Translations under genes and position numbers: made by a program | The notes under the pieces: model-generated | Database searches by the model: none | Told to the model about the DNA's origin: nothing | The model's input: only the letters and a program-made list of their open reading frames with translations | In this document: positions 54,350 to 64,000 of the stretch, one piece after another | How the letters are laid out: each line of letters starts with the position of its first letter | How positions within the stretch are numbered: position 1 is the first letter of the stretch | NCBI GenBank assembly: GCA_950097015.1 | Contig: CATNEN010000038.1 | Coordinates: 3,162,001 to 3,226,000, forward strand | Source of the DNA: Macrostomum hystrix | Lineage: Eukaryota > Animalia > Platyhelminthes | Direction: 5' to 3' | DNA: 64,000 bases

Positions 54350-55135
54350 TTTTGCCATGATTCAAACTCTGGTTTTGCCATGATTCAGACTCCGGTTGAC
54401 TATGATTCAAACTCTGGTTTTGCCATGATTCAAACGCTGGTTTAGCCATGATTCAAACTCTGGTTTAGCCATGATTTAAGCTCTGGTTTAGCCATGATTC
54501 AAGCTCTGGTTTAGCCATGATTCAAGCTCTGGTTTAGCCATGATTCAAACTCTGGTTTAGCCATGATTCACACTCCGGTTGACTATGATTCAAACTCTGG
54601 TTTTGCCATGATTTAAACTCTGGATTAGCCATGATTCAAACTCTGGTTTAGCCATGATTTAAGCTCTGGTTTAGCCATGATTCAAACTCTGGTTTAGCCA
54701 TGATTCAAGCTCTGGTTTAGCCATGATTCAGACTCTGGTTTAGCCATGATTCAAACTCTGGTTTAGCCATGATTCAGACTCTGGTTTAGCCATGATTCAG
54801 ACTCTGGTTTAGCCATGATTCAAACTCTGGTTTAGCCATGATTCAGACGCTGGTTTAGCTATGCTGATGATGCTGGTTTAGCTATGCTGATGATGCTGGT
54901 TTAGCCATGATTGAAACTCTGGTTTTGCCATGATTGAAACTCTGGTTTTGCCATGATTCAGACTCTGGTTTAGCCATGATTTAAACTCTGGTTTAGCCAT
55001 GATTCAAACTCTTGTTTAGCCATGATTCAAACTCTGGTTTAGCCATGGTTCAAACTCTGGTTTAGCCATGATTCAGACTCTGGTTTAGCCATGATTCAGA
55101 CTCTATTTTTGCAATGATTCAAACTCAGGTGTGCT
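54350..55135. repeat. 23-bp satellite inside Helitron A copy 1
   Basis: gccatgattcaaactctggttta units. Confidence 0.95.
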
Positions 55136-55839
55136 ATGATTTATGATATTTTATTTACGAAATGAAAAAAATAAATTAAAATAGTCTTCAATCACTACTG
55201 GCTGAAAATTAGTCTAAAATGATTTGACGCAGTGCAGAATCGAACCCTAGCCTAGCCTATAACCTATTCCTAGTGCCTACACATCGGCTATTCCGACTGT
55301 TGGTTAGTGGGTGCAAAAATCAGCCTTATAAAATGATTTCTCAAAGTTCTGGCTTTGTACAATGAAGTGAGAAAATAGAGTACACTCAGTCTCGCGGTTG
55401 GTTGTGTACATTTATTTCCAATTTGTCTCCAGAGTGCAGGCTTTAAATTCAATCAGCTAGGGGTTGTTGCGCAATTTGACGATGCAATTCTAATTCAGTG
55501 GCATTGAGTGAAATTCTCAATTGGCCTAGATAGTTTGACCTTTGAAAAATGGTCAAAAAGCATGTTTTTCGAATATTTAATCCCCTTAGCAATAAAGTTA
55601 AGCTTAATAAAAATACGTGTATAATTGTCCCCATATTTGGCATCTTTTGGTCAAGAAATGGTGAAAATCGGTTGAGCCGTTCGGGAGAAAATCAATTACA
55701 AGCAACCAAGCAACCAAGCAACCATTTCATTTTTAGTATAGTGGACTAGCAAGTTTTGCCCCCCTTCGGGGAGCAGAAATCCTTTTAATTCGTCTAGTAT
55801 ATACTTTTTAGCAGCTGAATTTACAGCTTTTTAAAGCTA

Positions 55840-58030
55840 CAATGAACCCCCAGTTGACAATGATCCCCCAGTTGACAATGAACCCCCAGTTGACAATGAA
55901 CCCCCAGTTGACAACGATCCCACAGTTGACAATGATCCCCCATTTGACAATGATCCCCCAGTTGACAATGATCCCACAGTTGACAATGATCCCCCAGTTG
56001 ACAAAGATCCCCCAGTTCACAATGATCACCCAGTTGATGATGATCCCCCAGTTGATGATGATCCCCCAGTTGAAAATGATCCCCCAGTTGACAATGATCC
56101 CCCAGTTGACAATGATCCCCCAGTTAACAAAGATCCCCCAGTTCACAATGATCCCCCAGTTGATGAAGTCTCCCAATTGATGATAATCCCCAGTTAACAA
56201 TGTTCCTCCATTTGACAATGTTCCCCCAGTTGACAATGATCCCCCAGTTGATGATGATCACCCAGTTGACATTGATCCCCCAGTTGATGATGATCCCCCA
56301 GTTGACAATGAACCCCCAGTTGACAATGAACCCCCAGTTGACAACGATCCCACAGTTGACAATGATCCCCCATTTGACAATGATCCCCCAGTTGACAATG
56401 ATCGCACAGTTGACAATGATCCCCCAGTTGACAAAGATCCCCCAGTTCACAATGATCACCCAGTTGATGATGATCCCCCAATTGATGATGATCCCCCAGT
56501 TGAAAATGATCCCCCAGTTGACAATGATCCCCCAGTTGACAATGATCCCCCAGTTAACAAAGATCCCCCAGTTCACAATGATCCCCCAGTTGATGAAGTC
56601 TCCCAATTGATGATAATCCCCAGTTAACAATGTTCCTCCATTTGACAATGCTCCCCCAGTTGACAATGATCCCCCAGTTGATGATGATCACCCAGTTGAC
56701 ATTGATCCCCCAGTTGATGATGATCCCCCAGTTGACAATGAACCCCCAGTTGACAATGAACCCCCAGTTGACAACGATCCCACAGTTGACAATGATCCCC
56801 CATTTGACAATGATCCCCCAGTTGACAATGATCGCACAGTTGACAATGATCCCCCAGTTGACAAAGATCCCCCAGTTCACAATGATCACCCAGTTGATGA
56901 TGATCCCCCAATTGATGATGATCCCCCAGTTGAAAATGATCCCCCAGTTGACAATGATCCCCCAGTTGACAATGATCCCCCAGTTGACAATGATCCCCCA
57001 GTTAACAAAGATCCCCCAGTTCACAATGATCCCCCAGTTGATGAAGTCTCCCCATTGATGATGATCCCCAGTTAACAATGTTCCTCTATTTGACAATGTT
57101 CCCCCAGTTGACAATGATCCCCCAGTTGATGATGATCACCCAGTTGACAATGATCCCCCAGTTGACAATGATCCCCCAGTTGACAATGATCCCCCAGTTG
57201 ACAATGATCCCCCCAGTTGACAATGATCCCCCAGTTGATGATGATCCCCCAGTTGAAAATGATCCCCCAGTTGACAATGATCCCCCAGTTGAGAATGATC
57301 CCCCAGTTGACAATGATCCCCCAGTTAACAAAGATCCCCCAGTTCACAATGATCCCCCAGTTGATGAAGTCTCCCCATTGATGATGATCCCTAGTTAACA
57401 ATGTTCCTCCAGTTGACAATTTTCCCCCAGTTGACAATGATCCCCCAGTTGATGATGATCACCCAGTTGACAATGATCCCCCAGTTGACAATGATCCCCC
57501 AGTTGACAATGAACCCCCAGTTGACAACGATCCCCCAGTTGACAATGATCCCCCAGTTGACAATGATCCCCCAGTTGACAATGATCCCACAGTATACAAT
57601 GATCCCCCAGTTCACAAAGATCCCCCAGTTCACAATGATCCCCCAGTTGACAAAGATCCCCCAGTTCTCAATGATCCCCCAGTTGATGATGATCCCCAGT
57701 TGATGATGATTCCCCAGTTGACAATTATCCCCCAGTTGACCATTACCCCCCACTTGACAATGATCTCTCAGTTCACAATGATCCCCCAGTTGACAATGAT
57801 CCCCCAGTTGACAATGAACCCCCAGTTGACAATGAACCCCCAGTTGACAAAGATCCCCCAGTTGACAATGATCCCCCATTTGACAATGATCCCCCAGTTG
57901 ACAATGATCCCCCAGTTGACAATGATCCCCCAGTTGACATTGATCCCCCAGTCGACAATTATCCCCCAGTTTATTATGATCCCCCAGTTCACCATGATCC
58001 CCATTTTGATGATGACTCCCCAGTTGACGT
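55840..58030. repeat. 18-bp satellite inside Helitron A copy 2
   Basis: cccccagttgacaatgat units. Confidence 0.95.
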
Positions 58031-58109
58031 TGATTTTTCAAACGCTGGGTTAGCCAAGATTCAAACTCAGGTTTCGCCATGTTTTAAACCCTGGTGGGCT
58101 CTGATTCAA

Positions 58110-61100
58110 ACTCTCGTTTTGCCATGATTCAGACTCTGGTTGGCTATGATTCAAACTCTGGTTTAGCCAAGATTCAAACTCTGGTTGGCTATGATTCAGA
58201 CGCTGGTTTAGCCATGATTCAGACGCTGGTTTAGCCATGATTGAAACTCTGGTTTAGCCATGATTCAGACTCTGGTTTAGCCATGATTCAGACGCTGGTT
58301 TAGCCATGATTCAGACGCTGGTTTAGCCATGATTGAAACTCTGGATAAGCCATGATTCAGACTCTGGTTTAGCCATGATTCAAACTCTGGTTAAGCCATG
58401 ATTCAGACTCTGGTTTAGCCATGATTTAAATTCTGGTTAAGCCATGATTCAGACTCTGGTTTAGCCATGATTCAAACTCTGGTTTAGCCATGATTCAAAC
58501 TCTGGTTTAGCCATGATTCAAACTCTGGTTTAGCCATGATTCAGACGCTGGTTTAGCCATGATTCAGACTCTGGTTTAGCCATGATTCAGACTCTGGTTT
58601 AGCCATGATTCAAACTCTGGTTAAGCCATGATTCAGACTCTGGTTAAGCCATGATTCAGACTCTGGTTTAGCCATGATTCAAACTCTGGTTAAGCCATGA
58701 TTCAGACTCTGGTTTAGCCATGATTTAAATTCTGGTTAAGCCATGATTCAGACTCTGGTTTAGCCATGATTCAAACTCTGGTTAAGCCATGATTCAAACT
58801 CTGGTTTAGCCATGATTCAAACTCTGGTTAAGCCATGATTCAAACTCTGGTTTAGCCATGATTCAAAATCTGGTTTAGCCATGATTCAGACGCTGGTTTA
58901 GCCATGATTCAGACTCTGGTTTAGCCATGATTCAGACTCTGGTTTAGCCATGATTCAGACTCTGGTTAAGCCATGATTCAGACTCTGGTTTAGCCATGAT
59001 TTAAATTCTGGTTAAGCCATGATTCAGACTCTGGTTTAGCCATGATTCAAACTCTGGTTAAGCCATGATTCAAACTCTGGTTTAGCCATGATTCAGACTC
59101 TGGTTTAGCCATGATCCAGACTCTGGTTTAGCCATGATTCAGACTCTGGTTTAGCCATGATCCAGACTCTGGTTTAGCCATGATTCAGACTCTGGTTTAG
59201 CCATGATTCAGACTCTGGTTTAGCCATGATTCAGACTCTGGTTTAGCCATGATTCAGACTCTGGTTTAGCTATGATTCAGACTCTGGTGTAGCCATGATT
59301 CAGACTCTGCAGGGTTTAGCCATGATTCAGACTCTGGTGTAGCCATGATTCAGACTCTGGTTTAGCCATGATTCAGACTCTGGTTTAGCCATGATTCAGA
59401 CTCTGGTTTAGCCATGATTCAGACTCTGGTGTAGCCATGATTCAGACTCTGGTTTAGCCATGATTCAGACTCTGGTTTAGCCATGATTCAGACTCTGGTT
59501 TAGCCATGATTCAGACTCTGGTTTAGCTATGATTCAGACTCTGGTGTAGCCATGATTCAGACTCTGGTTTAGCCATGATTCAGACTCTGGTGTAGCCATG
59601 ATTCAGACTCTGGTTTAGCCATGATTCAGACTCTGGTTTAGCCATGATTCAGACTCTGGTTTAGCCATGATTCAGACTCTGGTTTAGCCATGATTCAAAC
59701 TCTGGTTTAGCCATGATTCAGAATCTAGTTTAGCCATGATTCAGACGCTGGTTTAGCTATGATTCAAACTCTGGTTTAGCCATGATTCAGACGCTGGTTT
59801 AGCTATGATTTAAACTCTGGTTTAGCCATGATTCAGACTCTGGTTTAGCCTTGATTCAGACTCTGGTTTAGCCATGATTCAGACTCTGGTGTAGCCATGA
59901 TTCAGAATCTGGTGTAGCCATGATTCAGACTCTGGTTTAGCCATGATTCAGACTCTGGTTTAGCCATGATTCAGACTCTGGTTTAGCCATGATTCAGACT
60001 CTGGTTTAGCCATGATTCAGACTCTGGTTTAGCCATGATTCAGACTCTGGTTTAGCCATGATTCAGACTCTGGTGTAGCCATGATTCAGACTCTGGTTTA
60101 GCCATGATTCAGACTCTGGTTTAGCCATGATTCAGACTCTGGTTTAGCCATGATTCAGACTCTGGTTTAGCTATGATTCAGACTCTGGTGTAGCCATGAT
60201 TTAGACTCTGCAGGGTTTAGCCATGATTCAGACTCTGGTGTAGCCATGATTCAGACTCTGGTTTAGCCATGATTCAGACTCTGGTTTAGCCATGATTCAG
60301 ACTCTGGTTTAGCCATGATTCAGACTCTGGTGTAGCCATGATTCAGACTCTGGTTTAGCCATGATTCAGACTCTGGTTTAGCCATGATTCAGACTCTGGT
60401 TTAGCCATGATTCAGACTCTGGTTTAGCTATGATTCAGACTCTGGTGTAGCCATGATTCAGACTCTGGTTTAGCCATGATTCAGACTCTGGTGTAGCCAT
60501 GATTCAGACTCTGGTTTAGCCATGATTCAGACTCTGGTTTAGCCATGATTCAGACTCTGGTTTAGCCATGATTCAGACTCTGGTTTAGCCATGATTCAAA
60601 CTCTGGTTTAGCCATGATTCAGAATCTAGTTTAGCCATGATTCAGACGCTGGTTTAGCTATGATTCAAACTCTGGTTTAGCCATGATTCAGACGCTGGTT
60701 TAGCTATGATTTAAACTCTGGTTTAGCCATGATTCAGACTCTGGTTTAGCCTTGATTCAGACTCTGGTTTAGCCATGATTCAGACTCTGGTGTAGCCATG
60801 ATTCAGAATCTGTTGTAGCCATGATTCAGACTCTGGTTTAGCCATGATTCAGACTCTGGTTTAGCCATGATTCAGACTCTGGTTTAGCCATGATTCAGAC
60901 TCTGGTTTAGCCATGATTCAGACTCTGGTTTAGCCATGATTCAGACTCTGGTTTAGCCATGATTCAGACTCTGGTTTAGCTATGATTCAGACTCTGGTTT
61001 AGCCATGATTCAGACTCTGGTTTAGCCATGATTCAGACTCTGGTTTAGCCTTGATTCAGACTCTGGTTTAGCCATGATTCAGACTCTGGTTTAGCCATGA

Positions 61101-62705
61101 TTCAGACTCTGGTTTAGCTATGATTCAAACTCTGGTTTAGCCATGATTCAGACTCTTGTTTAGCCATGATTCAGACTCTGGTTTAGCCATGATTCAGACT
61201 CTGGTTTAGCCATGATTCAGATTCTGGTTTAGCCTTGATTCAGACTCTGGTTTAGCCATGATTTAGACTCTGGTGTAGCCATGATTCAGACTCTGGTGTA
61301 GCCATGATTCAGACTCTGGTTTAGCCATGATTCAGACTCTGGTTTAGCTATGAGCCATGATTCAGACTCTGGTGTAGCAATGATTCAGACTTTGGTTTAG
61401 CCATGATTCAGACTCTGGTGTAGCCATGATTCAGACTCTGGTTTAGCCATGATTCAGACTCTGGTTTAGCCATGATTCAGACTCTGGTTTAGCCATGATT
61501 CAGACTCTGGTTTAGCCATGATTCAGACTCTGGTTTAGCCTTGATTCAGACTCTGGTTTAGCCATGATTTAGACTCTGGTGTAGCCATGATTCAGACTCT
61601 GGTGTAGCCATGATTCAGACTCTGGTTTAGCCATGATTCAGACTCTGGTTTAGCTATGAGCCATGATTCAGACTCTGGTGTAGCAATGATTCAGACTTTG
61701 GTTTAGCCATGATTCAGACTCTGGTGTAGCCATGATTCAGACTCTGGTTTAGCCATGATTCAGACTCTGGTTTAGCCATGATTCAGACTCTGGTTTAGCC
61801 ATGATTCAGACTCTGGTTTAGCCATGATTCAGACTCTGGTTTAGCCATGATTCAGACTCTGGTTTAGCTATGATTCAAACTCTGGTTTTGCCATGATTCA
61901 GACGCTTGTTTAGCTTTGATTTAAACTCTGGTTTAGCCATGATTCAGACTCTGGTGTAGCCATGATTCAGACTCTGGTTTAGCCATGATTCAGACTCTGG
62001 TTTAGCTATGAGCCATGATTCAGACTCTGGTGTAGCAATGATTCAGACTCTGGTTTAGTCATGATTCAGACTCTGGTTTAGCTATGATTCAAACTCTGGT
62101 TTAGCCATGATTCAGACTCTGGTGTAGCCATGATTCAGACTCTGGTGTAGCAATGATTCAGACTTTGGTTTAGCCATGATTCAGACTCTGGTTTAGCCAT
62201 GATTCAGACTCTGGTTTAGCCATGATTCAGACTCTGGTGTAGCCATGATTCAGACTCTGGTTTAGCCATGATTCAGACTCTGGTTTAGCCATGATCCAGA
62301 CTCTGGTTTAGCCATGATTCAGACTCTGGTGTAGCCATGATTCAGACTCTGGTTTAGCCATGATCCAGACTCTGGTTTAGCCTTGATTCAGACTCTGGTT
62401 TAGCCATGATTCAGACTCTGGTTTAGCCATGATTCAGACTCTGGTTTTGCCATGATTCAGACTCTGGTGTAGCCATGATTCAGACTCTGGTTTTGCCATG
62501 ATTCAGACTCTGGTGTAGCCATGATTCAGACTCTGGTGTAGCCATGATTCAGACTCTGGTGTAGCCATGATTCAGACTCTGGTTTAGCCATGATTCAAAC
62601 TCTGGGTTAGCCATGATTCAAAATCTGGTTTAGCCATGATTCAAACTCTGGGTTAGCCATGATTCAAGCTCTATTTTTGCCATGATTCAAAATCAGGTTT
62701 GCTAT
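58110..62705. repeat. 23-bp satellite inside Helitron A copy 2 (~4.6 kb)
   Basis: gccatgattcagactctggttta units. Confidence 0.97.
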
Positions 62706-63276
62706 GATTTATGATATTTTATTTACGAAATAAAAAAAAAATCAAAATAATCTTCAATCACTACTGGCTGAAAATTAGTCTAAATGATTTGACGCAGTGC
62801 AGAATCGAACCCTAGCCTAGCCTATAACCTATTCCTAGTGCCTACACATCGGCTATTCCGACTGTTGGTTAGTGGGTGCAAAAATCAGCCTTATAAAATG
62901 AATTCTTAAAGTTCTGGCTTTGTACAATGAAGTGAGAAAATAGAGTACACTCAGTCTCGCGGTTGGTTGTGTACATTTATTTCCAATTTGTCTCCAGAGT
63001 GCAGGCTTCTAACTCAGTCAGCGAGGGGGTGTTGCGCAATTTGACGATGCAATTCCAATTCAGCGGCAGTGAGTAAAATTCTCAATAGGCCAAGATGGTT
63101 TGACCTTTGAAAAATCATGTTTTTCGAATATTTAATCCCTTTAGCAATAAAGTTAAGCTTAATAAAAATACGTGTAAAATTGTCCCCATATTTGGCATCT
63201 TTTGGTGAAGAAATGGTGAAAATCGGTTGAGCGGTTCGGGAGAAAATCAATTACAACCAAGCAAGCATTTCATTTT

Positions 63277-64000
63277 TAGCTGCCTTCGCTACCCTCTGGG
63301 TAGCCTCCCTGTGAGTTCTTATCAGTACGCGCGTGCGTTATCAAAACTGGCTCTGATGCAATCATTAAAATTGGCACTGGAGGCCTCACTGTGCACAAGC
63401 TGAAAACAAGAATGCATTAGAAAAGCCTATTTAAAACTGTTTTTCGAATATTTAATCCCCTTGGCAATGGAATTAAGCTTAATAAAATTACGTGTACCGA
63501 TTCCGGCCCATTTGTGATCTTTTGGCGAAGGAATTTTGAAAATCGGTTGAGCCGTTCGGGAGCTAGTCGATTGCAAACATACAAGCAAGCAAGATTTTCA
63601 TTTTTAGTATAATAGACTAGCTGCCTTCGCTACCCTCTGGGTAGCCTCACTGGAGTTCTTATCAGTTCGTTATCAAAACTGGCTCTGATGCAATCATTAA
63701 AGTTGGCACTGGAGCCTCACTGTGCACAAGCTGAAAACAAGAATGCATTAGAAAAGCCTATTTAAAACTGTTTTTCGAATATTTAATCCCCTTGCCAATG
63801 GAATTAAGCTTAATAAAATTACGTGTACCGATTCCGGCCCATTTGTGATTTTTTGGCGAAGGAATTTTGAAAATCGGTTGAGCCGTTCGGGAGCTAGTCG
63901 ATTGCAAACAAACATACAAGATTTTCATTTTTAGTATATAAGAAGACTAGCTGCCTTCGCTACCCTCTGGGTAGCCTCACTGGAGTTCTTATCAGTTCGT
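63277..64000 (-). mobile_element. Tandem non-autonomous Helitron-like family B, ~330-340-bp units (63277-63616, 63617-63946, 63947 to window end)
   Basis: Units 2 and 3 begin CTAG on the plus strand and unit 1 begins at the shared TAG. All have a perfect hairpin GCTACCC-TCT-GGGTAGC. Junctions read AGA|CTAG, i.e. CTAG|TCT on the minus strand. Confidence 0.75.

Larger units (their letters stand above)
51888..55745 (-). mobile_element. Non-autonomous Helitron-like element, family A copy 1, with internal 18-bp and 23-bp satellites
   Basis: Minus strand starts TC at 55745 and ends CTAG at 51888, followed by T. Subterminal hairpin CCCC-GAA-GGGG lies ~12 nt before CTAG. No TIR, no TSD, no coding capacity. 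Confidence 0.75.
55746..63279 (-). mobile_element. Non-autonomous Helitron-like element, family A copy 2 (expanded 23-bp satellite, extreme 5' end lost)
   Basis: Same CTAG plus hairpin end, same linker and same ~600-bp unique segment (62705-63279 vs 55135-55745) as copy 1. Directly abuts copy 1. Confidence 0.75.

Noticed and set aside
51950-58238. Many long ORFs such as (LGDHCQ)n, (MIPQLT)n and (VDNDPP)n
   Set aside because: They are translations of an 18-bp satellite open in several frames on both strands, broken by frameshifts, and lie inside Helitron-like elements.

Overview
Eukaryotic (animal) genomic DNA. GC-rich exons are separated by introns packed with minisatellites. This style suggests a Macrostomum-like flatworm, but that is inference only. 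I rebuilt the spliced genes by hand and checked GT-AG boundaries and intron phases. The window holds the 3' end of an unidentified + strand gene (1-129), an 8-exon TMEM62 (-, 953-7040), a TMEM272-like gene with one coding exon (+, 9700-10245), a 15-exon integrin alpha (-, 16824-47858) and a divergent 4-exon p38-type MAPK (-, 49354-51834). The integrin introns carry a DD34D mariner with unusually long (~205 bp) TIRs, four copies of one tRNA-derived SINE and a CORE-type SINE. The last 12 kb (51888-64000) is the most striking structure. It is a head-to-tail concatemer of non-autonomous Helitron-like elements from two families, joined CTAG|TC. The two large units carry 18-bp and 23-bp internal satellites, and the 23-bp array has expanded very unequally between them. 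The array begins 53 nt upstream of the p38 start codon. Most ORFs in the supplied track are translated tandem repeats or antisense shadows.
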